Assembly: GCF_009914755.1 (NCBI RefSeq)
Contig: NC_060928.1
From: the human T2T-CHM13v2.0 reference genome, Homo sapiens
Strand: one strand, 5' to 3'
DNA length: 64,000 nucleotides
Shown piece by piece: positions 28,120-41,442 of the stretch. The position numbers and the translations under genes were made by a program. The notes below the pieces were generated by a model. It was not told the DNA's origin. It worked only from the letters and a program-made list of their open reading frames with translations, and ran no database searches. Each line of letters opens with the position of its first letter. Position 1 is the first letter of the stretch.

Positions 28120-29373
28120 CAAAAAAAAAAAAGAACTTATTTTAAGAACAATGCCTAAGCATATTGCTACAAACATTTTATTTTTAGTATGGCATAAGTA
28201 TATGAACAAAAAAAGTGAAACGATAAAGTGAATGAATAACTGATTAAGAAAGAAAGAAGCGGGGAAGAAAAGAAACAAAAACTCAAAAATTGATTTAAGC
28301 TATAGAAATTCTAAGTGCCACAGAAAATTTTGAGATATAAATTTCTCAAAATAAAAACCAGGTACTATAGTCACGGCATTTAATACAATAAAAATAATAC
28401 AAACTAAATTTGCCTTTGCTTAAAAATAAGAATCAGAATATCTACTTTTTCTTTAGAAAGTAGCTTAACATTTATTTAGAATAACTGTTAGTGGAGAGAA
28501 AAAATGGCCTATTTTTGTTTATTTATATAATACTCACACAACTATTCATTGTTTCCTAGCATTGCAATACTTTGATATTTATCCTAAAGTTTCTCTATGT
28601 TCTAATGATAATTCTAAAATATAGAATTATCTATCTCTCTCTATATATATAAATATAAATTCTAAAATATAGCATTATCATTAAAAATATAGAAAGGAAT
28701 CAACCGGACCACAAAAAACTAAGCCGTTCTGGATAAGCATGTGGCAATCCTCTTCTTCCTTTTTCTTTTTTTTTGGAGGTGGGTGGGAAGGTCACAGTGG
28801 TTAACATAATCAAGGAAATTTGCTAGTATATACAGAAGTCTTTGCTAAGAAATTTTCGTTTGAGATACACCAGTTACCGGCAAATCAAACAGACATAAAT
28901 ACCACAGTAAGCAGTCATTTATCGGGTAACCCTGTGCAGAGTTGCATGAAAGCATCCAGAGGCAGAACAAAATCCACAGCAGAGCCGCTGCTTTTCAGAT
29001 AGACTGCCACTGCAGGTGCCATGGCCCAGTGCCAGAAACACAGGCAGGGGAGGGGTTACAGGCAGCTCCTGCACAGCACCACTGGGCAGAAGTTGCCTGT
29101 AATCAGAGCACTACTGAAAGCAATGGCGGTGGCAAGGTGAACTTGGTGAGCAAGCATTCCTCTGTGAATTCAATTTCTTCTTGTGAATTTCATATTGCGA
29201 GCCCATTAGCCTCACTTCTCTTCTCTAGCCATTATCATTAGCCCCTCGCAGAAACGATGACTACCAGCTGTAACTGGCAGCACACTACCATGATAATTTA
29301 CACAAAGATTAAAAATGAAAAATTAAATACTGGGATTTCTAGCCATCTTTTAACTTTTTTTATTATAAAAAGT

Positions 29374-29438
29374 ATCTCTCTCTCTTTCTTCTTCTTCTTC
29401 CCCTTCTCCTTTCCCTTCTCCTTCCCCTTCTTTTTTTT
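29374..29438. repeat. Polypyrimidine/polypurine tract
   Basis: About 65 nt of only C and T. Confidence 0.85.
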
Positions 29439-29590
29439 AACTTCAAACCTATAGTAACTTTGGACAAGCACTAAGTTACCATAAATGAGGTTTTGTTTAT
29501 TTCTTTTTCCTGAAGTCAGTGCAACAAGGTATTTCAAAACCTTAAAGAAAGAAATTATGAAATTAAGAAATAGATGACAAAATATACACC

Positions 29591-30038
<448 letters not shown>

Positions 30039-31624
30039 TTAGTTATGGACATGACTGAATCTCACATGAAGAAATGTTTAATAATCAATAAAGAGAAATA
30101 ATTGAAAAACTGCTCTAAAATGAATTAGATCAGCCATCTGCACAATACCATCTCAAGTAATAATTGGGAAAGAATATATAGGGGTGTTTCTGAAATGTTT
30201 CAAAGAAGATGAGAGTTCTGAGAAGAGTATTTGTAAGTTTTTAGATTATTTTGCTTTTTGAGAGCATAGTGATAAGAAGGGTAACGATGCACGCTTTAGG
30301 GTATCATTTGGCTAAAAAAGGAGTAGGGTAGGCTCATACTGCAATGATAAGAAGAACATGTGGCAGGCACTGTGGTAAGAAAAGCATGAGGAGTAACTCA
30401 AGCTAGAAGCCTAACTATTACAGGTTCCTGTGTCAGGAAGAGGGAGAAATCTGGCATTTCCCCCCACACTTTCAGCTATATCACTGAGGCTGAAGTCTAT
30501 AGGGAAGAGTAACTACTATTAGACAATCCTTTTCAATTATATAGATGAGATACCCACGGGGAAGAATTTTCCAAAATTTAAAAATCATTAATATATTTTA
30601 ATGAAATACTAACAATGTGGTAGAAAATCATAGAAGTTACTTACCCCAGAATAAACACAGAATTTGAATATTTTTCTACCATGGATGTAGCATATATTAG
30701 AAATAGTATCATTTTATTTTATTTGGCTTGTATCTAGCACAATAACATGTCACTAAACAAAATGCGGTTTACTCTCATTTGTCCAGAGTTCAGAATTTAG
30801 GTGTTCAGAGAATCTAGAACACAGTCAAACTCAAAGCAACTGAAGGCCAAGAGGAAAACAAGCAAAAAGCTCATGAACTTTAACGGTGGGAGGCATTGGG
30901 TCATTCCTCAAGCTTTTAACCCAGCCATATATGCATTAAATAACATAATCAATCACAACAAGATGGAAACCCTAACAGAGAAGTGACATCTGACATAGAA
31001 GAGAACTTTGAATGCTGACAGAAAAGCTAAAAGAAAGCAAAGGAATGTGGGTCATTTTAAGTGAGGAACAAAAAGCTCTATGCATCTCAGAAACTTCAAG
31101 GCATCATGGAAAATGTCTGGAATATTCAATTGTTAGTAATACAGAAAAGGCTATTTAAGATTTAATTTCAGAAAGAATTCTCCATTTAAGAGGCAAAGAA
31201 ATGTGTAATCCATTTCATAAAGAGATTTCTCTTCAAGGGAAATGGTGAAAACCACTGGTATTTGAAAGTGTAAACCCCAATTCTATAAAACTTTTACTGT
31301 ATGATGTTTTAATTCCATTCCTAGATGATGCTGAGTACCTGATGCACTCTTCTGATGCCATTTTGAAATGTTTCTATTAAGGTAAAGTAGTGAATACAAT
31401 TAATAGATATTTTTTCTCCTCTTAACTTCTTTAGGAGATAAAAGATCATATAACACAACATTTATAACACTGCATAGTAGGCTTATATATAAATGTAATA
31501 TATATATATAAATAATAGCACAAATTAGGGGTAAGGAATGGAGCTGAGTTGGAGCAAAGCTGCTATATTTTACTGGAATTAAGTTGGTAATAACCTGAAG
31601 TAAATTGTCATAATTTAAAATGCA

Positions 31625-31918
31625 GACTGGGTGCAGTCGCTCATGCCTATGAGCCCAGCACTTTGAGAAGCCAAGATAAGAGGATTGCTTGAGGTCAGGA
31701 GTTCAAGACCAGCTTGGGCAACATAGTGAGACCTCATCTCTATGAAAAATAAAAAACTTAGCTGGGTGTAGTGGCACACGTTTGTACTCCCAGCTACTCA
31801 GGAGGCTGTGGTGAGAAGATCGTTTGAGCCCAGGAGGTTGAGGCTGCAGTGAGCCGTGATTGTACCACTACACTCTAGCCTGGGTGACAGAGTGAGATTC
31901 TGTCTCAAAAAATAAAAT
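31625..31918 (+). mobile_element. AluJ
   Basis: Full dimer with TSD-like aaaatg. Confidence 0.9.
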
Positions 31919-32518
31919 GTATATTGTAGTCTCTATAAATACGACTAAGAAAAGAACTAAAACAAATACATAGTAAAAAAAATTTAATGAAAATAGTAGA
32001 CCAGAAATATTATTTAATACAACAAAGATGATAAAGGAGGAACAGAAAAACAAAAAGACCCAAGACTAAAGAAAATAATTAATAAAATGGTAGACATGAA
32101 TCCAACTATTATAGAACTCTCTACTAGATGAGATTTCTTTACATGTGCTGATCTATTTCTGGATTATGCTATTGGATGCTATCTGGATTGTGCTATTATT
32201 ATGCTATCAATAATAACATTAAATGTGAATAAACACTTCAAATGGCAGAGATTGTCAGTCTAGATAAGTAACATGATCCAACTATATGCTATCTACAAAA
32301 GACATTTTGAAAGTGTCCAAAATCCAAAAAAATGGATTGAAAATAAAATAATGGAAAAAGGTATACCATGCAAACAGTTACCATAAGAGAACTGACGTGG
32401 CTTTAACAGTATCAGGCAAAACAGACTCAAAAATTACTAAAAACAAACAGAGACAATTTATGACTAAAAAGTTGGTTAATTTATCAGGAAGACATAACAA
32501 TTATAAACATATATGCAC

Positions 32519-33207
<689 letters not shown>

Positions 33208-34630
33208 TACATTTAATAACAGAGCCCAAATATACATGAAGCAAAAACTGATAGAATTGAAAACAGCATTTGGAGACTTCAATATCCCACTAGCAAAACA
33301 AAAACAAACAAAAACAAAAACAAAAAAAACAACTAGACAGAAAGTCAGCAAAGATACAGAATAGTTAAACACAAAAAACTAAGTCAATCAACTCACATCC
33401 ACAGAACACTCAACAATAGCAGAATATCCATTCTTCTAAAGATAACATGAAGAATTCTCCTATATAGACCCAATGCTAGGTTGAAAACAAGTCTCAATAC
33501 ATTTTAAGCAACTGAAATCATACACAGTATGCTCTCCAATCACAATGAAATTAAAAATAGAAAATACAGGAGAAAATTTGGAAAATACACATTTGGAAAA
33601 TACAGAAGGGGATTTTGGAAAATATTTGGAAACCAAGCAATGCACTTCTAAACAATCCATAAGCCAAGAAAGAAACCACAAGAATATTAAGAGAATTGCA
33701 TAAGCTGAATGAAAACAAGGAAACAAAATATCAAAATTTATGAGATACAGCAAAAACCACACATAACGAGAAAATTGTAATTGGAAAACCTGATATTGGA
33801 AGAGAAGAACTCAAATAAAAAAACTAGGTTTCCAATTTAATAATCTAGTTAGAGTAAACTAAACCCAAAGCAAGCAAAAGGAAAGAAAGAATGAATATTA
33901 GAGCGAAAACTCAACGAAAGAGAACACAGAGACACCATAGAGGAAACCAGTGAAACAAAAAGTTGGCTCTTTGAAAAGACAACAAAATTGACAAACCCTT
34001 TTAGCAAGACTGAGCCAGAAAAAAAGATAACACCAATTACCAAAAATCAGTATAAATGAGGTAATATCATTACTAACCTTAGAGAAATTAAAATGATAAT
34101 AAGTCATACTATGAACAACTTTATAAAAATAAATTAGTTAAATGGACAAATTCCAAGAAAGAAATAAATTACTGACATAGATTCAAGAAAAAATTTAAAA
34201 AAAATCTTGATAGACCTATAAAAACTAAAAAAACTGATTTGGTAATTTAAAATCTTCTCACAAAGAAAAGGCCATGCCTAAATAGCGTCAGTGGTGAATT
34301 CCACCAAACATTTAAAGAAGAAATAATATGTAGCATTCACAAAGTCCTTCAAAAATATAGAGGAAGAAGGAACACTGCCATGTCTCATTCTATGAGACTA
34401 GTATTACCCTGATAATAAAGTCAGATGAGGATATCACAAAAAAACTGCAAACTAATATTCCTCATAAATATAGATTCAAAAATCCTCAAAAGTAGTAATT
34501 CCTCAAGAAAATACTAACAAAACAAAAATCCAGGACATATCAAAAGAACTTAAAACATATAAGTGTAATATATTTGTGAATGCAAGGCTGGTTTAACAAC
34601 CAAAAATCAATTTATATAATATATCATATT

Positions 34631-35650
34631 TCACTTTTTTGTTTCTTGCTTGAAAATCTTTCCCTATTCCAATATCACATAGAAATTCTCCTGTATTATC
34701 TTGTTAAAGTTTATAGTTTTACCTTTATATATAAAGCTTTAATATACTTTCATTTTGTTTGTGGCATAAAATAAGGTTCCAATTAAAATTTTTTTCCCCA
34801 TATATCTGCTATAGGTTGAATTGTGGCCACTCCCCCCAAATTTTTATGTTAAAGTCTCAACCTAACAGCACCTCAGAAGGTGGCCTTATATGAAAATTGG
34901 GTCATTACAGAAGTCTTTATTTAGGATAGGCCATACTGGAGTAGGGTGAGTCCTTAATCTAATATGAATGGTGTCCTTATTAAAAGGAAAAATTTGGACA
35001 GACAGACATGCATAGAGGGAGGATGATGTGAAGAGACACAAGGAGAAGACAGCCACATATAAGCCAATCAGAGGGCTAGAACAGGTCCTTCCCGTACAGC
35101 ATTTAGGAGAAATCAACCCTGCTAAACTTTGATTTCAGACCTCTGGACTCCAAACCTGTGAGACAATAAATTTCTGTTGTTTCTACCCAGATAATCATAC
35201 TTTGTTACAGAAGCCCTAGGAAACTAATAAAATAACTATTTATCTCAGAATCCTAAATTGAAAAGTCCTTCCTTTCCCCACAGTTCTGCAATACTAGCTC
35301 TATAATGGATGAGGTTTCTTTACATATCCTGGCCTATTTCTGGGTTCTCTGTTCACTTTTCCTGTACTACTTCTCCTTCCCTAATTACTATAGCTTTATA
35401 ATAATTTTTGATATCTAGTAAAGCAAGTCCCTCTGAAATCTGCTCTTGTTCCCCAAAAGGATTTTGGCCATAATGGTCCTTTGCTCTTTAAAATCAGTTT
35501 ATCATCTTCCAACAAAACAAAGTAAACCTACTGAATGGTTTTTATATTTTTACATTGACTTTATAAATAAATGTGGGGAGAATTAACAATCTATCAATAT
35601 GGCAAATCTTTTTTCCTCTTATTTAGGTGTCCTCGTTTTTTAACTAAAAA
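34631..35650 (-). mobile_element. Old L1M ORF2 3' portion in inverted orientation, interrupted by an MLT1 LTR
   Basis: Reverse complement reads ggaatagggaaagattt..., plus taattactatagctttata and ggggagaattaaca L1 motifs. Confidence 0.7.
34807..35230 (+). mobile_element. MLT1A/B-like LTR
   Basis: tgctataggttgaattgtg start, gagacaataaatttctgttgttt, gccctaggaaactaata end. Confidence 0.82.
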
Positions 35651-38600
35651 TTTCACAGTAAATTACATATCACGGCTAAAAGCAAACCAAACAATAGTAA
35701 TTTTAGACTCTTCATACCTATCTCCCTACATTCCCAGGGAATTTAAATCCAACCACTGCACTGGGAGTAAAGAGGATGAAGACATGAGAGGGAGATACCC
35801 TCAGCTAACAATAATTATTTCCAACTGCAGCCACCACGGCTGTTTACATTCTTGGCCACATCATTATCAATATGGGAAATGAAAAGGAAACAATAACAAC
35901 AAAAAAAACAATTTGAAAAAAGCTTCTGGCATTTCAATTCCAAAAATTTTTTTTTTTAAATGTTGTCTGGTCAGTGGTCTTAAGAATGTCATTTCCCCAC
36001 TCTTGTTCAGTGGGGGGCATGACAGTCTGTCTCTATGCTGTCATCACTTGAGAAGTGTAAATTTTCCATTCAGAGAAAAAAATTATACAAGATTGACCTA
36101 ATTCATTCAGAGGTGTAAGATCTATAAAGGTTTATGTTGAATAGATTTAAATTTTAGCAATGATAGAAACAAGTTTAGATTTTATTTCTTTATCAACCTT
36201 GTTTTTTCCTGTCAGGCAATACTATGAAAGGACAGCATCTCTTTTAACTTGTCCACATATTCTCTGATGATAATGGAAAGCAGATAGTATATTCATTTTA
36301 TTTTTCTTTACCTTGTTAAGTGAGTACTATTTGTGTCACCATTATGAAATAGTAGAGGAGACAAAAGCTATAGAACATACACAAAAGTAAATGTGATTTT
36401 AACTGGTAAACTTAGGACAATTCAACAAGAGAACGCTTCCTTTGCTATATTAATGCCACCTCCAGGCCTTGAGAAGCTTTCTGTTTCAACAAGGTATCAA
36501 AGAGAAGGTAATCTCCAAATAGGGATATTGTCTCTTATTCATCGAATCTAATAGTGCTGGTCCATAAGCAAGCACCCAATAAATACATGTTAAATGAATG
36601 AACTATTATAATTTGAATCAATTATGTATATTATGTATCTTTTGGCTAAAACAAAATGCTCTATTTTTAAAGGTCAACTTTTAGTGATTCTCCCCAGAGT
36701 ATGGTTTTCTTTGTCTCTTATTCAACATGAAACTTGAAGGTTATAAGAGGCAGTATAATATGTAGGTCCAAACATTGACATTATATCATAAGAGACAGAT
36801 GATGGGCATTCCGAACTCATAAATTTTTCTATTATTTGAAAGTATGAAAGCCTTTTTCTCATTTATATTTCTGATGCTGTATCTGAAATAAATTTTTTTC
36901 CTAGTTCAGGTAATAGTAGATAACAGGGACCAATCTCAGGGATATAATTAAGACTGCTTTGGTTTTACCCTGATTCCAACTGTTCAGAACAAAATATAAT
37001 TTACTTCTCTGAAAAACTAATGAAATTTAGGTGAGTTTTCCTTCTAAAATATGTAGGATATTATCTTCTGTTCATAAGCCCATCCACTTAGCCAGTTTTC
37101 CAATCCTACATTTAGATCTTCATTACTTACAGAAAACTGAGGATAAGAGTCGTTGGGTGAGACAGTAGTTACAGTCCTCTAACACAAACAGGGAATGTAG
37201 CATTACTGGTTCACTACCAAAATCATGCTCCTAAAAATACCCTATCCTCTTGAATTAACAACCAAATACTTAAAAAAGACATGCTGGGTATCTTAAAATG
37301 AGTATGTCAGTTAATTAATTCTCTGATCCCCTGCTACCAACCGAGTATTGTATAATCTGTTATTATTCACTGTCCTATAGATCATCTGTTCTTGGTGCTG
37401 GTTTGTTCCAGGAAGAGGGACAGCTGCAACACTATATCCCTGTTCAACCTGAGGACCATCTGACTTTAATTGTAACACACAGCTTGATGTGGCTCTGGCT
37501 ATGAGAAGCCGAAGTATCGTCTGTAATAATCTGGAAAAGCAGAAACCTGCCAACAGAGGGCTGAAAACAGGGATTGTGCTGTCTGGCTGCCTGACGGGCT
37601 GCAGGAAATATGATTAATGAGTAAGGTATAATGATATCAGGAACCCGATTAGCACCACAAAAAGGTCACAGATCAAAGTAGTATGCATTTCATGAGCTGC
37701 AATCATTGCATAAAATCTGTGGAATTGAAGTGGTAAACCAAAAAGAGGAGGGGGATGAAACTCTTATGTGACAATATGCTAACCAATACATAAGATACAA
37801 TACTAACAATTTAGTCACTTGTAGAAAGTTAAAAAGAAATTACAAAATGAATCAATATAGACTATATTGTAAGGAAACTTTGTTCATCAGAGGTGTAAAA
37901 TAAATATTTTGAATGAATGAATGAGGTATTAAATTCTTTCATAAAGGCACATATATGTAAAATCAAGTATCTTTCCTAATTATGAATTAAAATGACCAGA
38001 TATATACTCAACTCTAAACTATGTTTGCATTTGAATTGCAGTGATTTTATATACAGTTCTGTTTAGGAATGTAAGCTAATTCAGAGTCTAAACAATGAAG
38101 ACATCTATAAAACTCAAGCAGTAGGAATCACTGGGAAAAATATTAAGTAAACTCAATAATAATGTTATAACAAATGCACAGTTAATACTGCAAAATATTA
38201 TTTGGTATATAACTTTACAATCATGCCCAAGTTTAGAGCGTGGGTAGCCAAAATCCAAATCTACTTGTAAAGCAATTACGTAAACCACAATCTTCTTTTC
38301 CTTAGTGCCCTTGTAAACCTGTCCCAAATAGACCTGGCTCTTCTGAGGTGAAGGCAGTGAGGGTAGAGATGGGAGGTACTGTCAAGAGAGCGGCTTGCCT
38401 TAACTTATGTAATTAAATTTTTTAATTGTCAAAATGTTGGTGAAAAACTTAATATATAACTTATTCAAATGTTTCTGCCTTTTAGAGCTCCTTTAAAGTG
38501 AAGTAAACATACTAACAAACTTCTTTATATTATTAATAATACTAACTATGGTAATGATTAACAGAAAACCGATTCCCTTGAGACTTAAAATTTCAAGTCA

Positions 38601-38699
38601 TATTTGAGAAAAAGTGTGTCAATAAAAAAATGATCAGAACATGATTTTTTCTTAAAAGTATATTCACCAATAATGAGGATATTTTGTATCTTTTATATA

Positions 38700-39660
38700 T
38701 TGTATAAATATTTAATATCTAATATTTAGTTAAAACATTTTTTAAATCGTGATTCAAAAGACACCATTAAAAAATAAAAAAAGGCTAGTTAAAAAATATT
38801 TTCAAAATATATGTTGGATAAATGACTTTTATGGAGAATACACAAAGATCTCTTACAATTCACTAATAAAAAGACAACCCAATTTAAAAACAGGCAAAAT
38901 ATTTGAATGGATACTTCACCAAAGAAAATATATATATATATGAGTAGCAAATAAGTCGGTGAAAAGATGGTTAACATTTTCATCATTAGGATAATGCAAA
39001 TTAAAATAACAATGACCTACCTACTAGAATGGCTAAAATAAATAAGACTGACAATACCAAGTCTTGTTAAGGATAGGGAAAAACTGAAACTTCATACATT
39101 GTAGGAATACAAAATGGTAAACATTTTTATTATATGACCCAGGAATTCCCAGAAATCTACCCAAGAGAAATAAAAACAGATGTCCACACCAAGACTTATA
39201 CGCAAATATTTATAATAGCCCAAACTAGAAAAAAAAGTCCATTAACTAGTAAAGAGATTTTAAAATGTGATATATCTATAAAATGGAATACTATACAGCA
39301 ATACAAAGAAATTAACTACTGATATATGCACAACATGGATGAATCTCAAAAAACATCATGCTAACTGAAAGAAGACAGGCATAAAAAGACTACATATTGT
39401 ATGATTCCATTAATATAAAATTTCTAGAAAAGCAAAACAGAGACAGAATCAGTGATTGCCTGGAGCCGGCAGTGGAAGCAGAGGCTGACTATAAAGAGGC
39501 CCAAGGAAACTTTTTGTACTCGTGAGTGTTCTAAAGCTGGAATGTAGTGGCAGTTACATAACTGTATACACTTACTAAACTCCTTGAATTGCATACTTTA
39601 AGAAGTTGAATTTTATTATATATAGATTGTACCTCAATGAATTTGTTTTAAAAGAAAAAT
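38700..39660 (+). mobile_element. Old L1M 3' end
   Basis: caaaagacaccattaa, aacatggatgaatctcaaaa, tgtatgattccatt, tgtacctcaatgaa. Confidence 0.85.
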
Positions 39661-39899
39661 CACTGAAAGAAAAAAGTTGTAGTATGAATGTAACTTCTAT
39701 TCACTTTTGTGTATCCCTGGGGAAAAAAAACCACACACGACCATAGACACCTGCCGCATTTAAAGGTTTGACATTTCCTTCAGTATCTTTCAGAGCAAGT
39801 TTAGTCTTCATCTCTCAATCACAGAAACTTTGTGAGAATCTTTAAAAATTCTTGGGGTAAAAGTAAAATGCAACATGTTCCATAAGACTGTGATAGAAT

Positions 39900-40125
39900 A
39901 ATATTATTTACTATTTTCTGAGTGCCTACTATAAGCCAGATAATATTCTAGGCATTTACATACATAATTACAATTGTTTACTCATAATTTCAAAATTACA
40001 AATGAAAAAACCAAAGCTCAGAAAGGTTAAACTGCTAAGGTCCCACAATCAGCAATGTGATTGATAAAGGATTGGAAAATCTGGTCAGATTCCAAAGCTT
40101 ACATATTCTTTCCACTCCCCTGCAT
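39900..40125 (-). mobile_element. MIR
   Basis: tgagtgcctactataagccag...ttacaaatgaaaaaaccaaagctcagaaaggttaa. Confidence 0.7.
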
Positions 40126-40304
40126 TGTTTCCAGTATATATAGAATGCAAAATTTCAATAATAATGAGACTGTAATAGGATCTGGAAGATAGGATTAATT
40201 GTTGGTATGAAAAGAAAGGAATGCCACATTAAAAAAATGCAATAATTTTCCTTTTTTACATGTGAAGTAAAAACAATGCAACTGAGATTTCACTTTTAAT
40301 GTAG

Positions 40305-40662
<358 letters not shown>

Positions 40663-41289
40663 TAAGAATAAAGCTCCCTGATTCCAAACTTCTGTGAAAC
40701 TTAAAAGGCAAAAAGGAAAAGTCATATTAGTGTCTCGAAAATAATACTGAACCCAGATAATGAAGGACACTAAAGAATCCACTAAAGAGGATACTAAAGA
40801 GTTGTTTGTAAGCACAAATTCAATGTGCTTTTAAGTTTTAACATTTTCATATTCTCAATATTACACGAAGATTTCCTTCAAATGATAGATACAGGACATA
40901 ATTTGAAAATCTTGTTTCTATTATGAAAATGTGCAATGGCCTTCTAACCTGGAACACAAAATTATGTTCCTTTCCTGGAAAGAGAAGCTCATATTTGGAA
41001 AAACTTACAATCCCAATTTCACTTCTAACTTTCGCTTAAAATTTTGAATCATCATGTATATATGAATGTAACTTAACTTCTGCATAAAAGAAACTATTAC
41101 TTTATATATCAATTCAATAACATTTCATAAAGTATATACAAGGATTCTTGAGCTATTATGTCACTTTCAGTTAGTCCTATCACCTACAGCTTTGTCCAGA
41201 AGAGCAAGGGTTAATGATTATACACCAACACATGAAAGATGCTTTGAGCAAAAGCTCATGACAGACAGAGTAGATGATTATTATCTTAC

Positions 41290-41442
41290 CAATCTGTTTA
41301 TGTGAACAAATTCTTCTGAGGTTTTGGCCCAAGGAGGAAGTTCGACATCAGACACTACTGTCCCATCATCCATCACTCCAAGATTATAATTATTGAAGTT
41401 GACAAACATCTCAGGGAGATAATAAAATTCAGGGATCAACTC
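41290..41442 (-). CDS. LRBA: LRBA internal coding exon, BEACH domain ([51 protein letters not shown])
   Basis: 153 nt, 51 codons. Acceptor ...tttttatatag|GAG, donor TTG|gtaaga. Contains BEACH motifs ELIPEFY and LPPWA and continues in frame from the previous exon. Confidence 0.97.
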
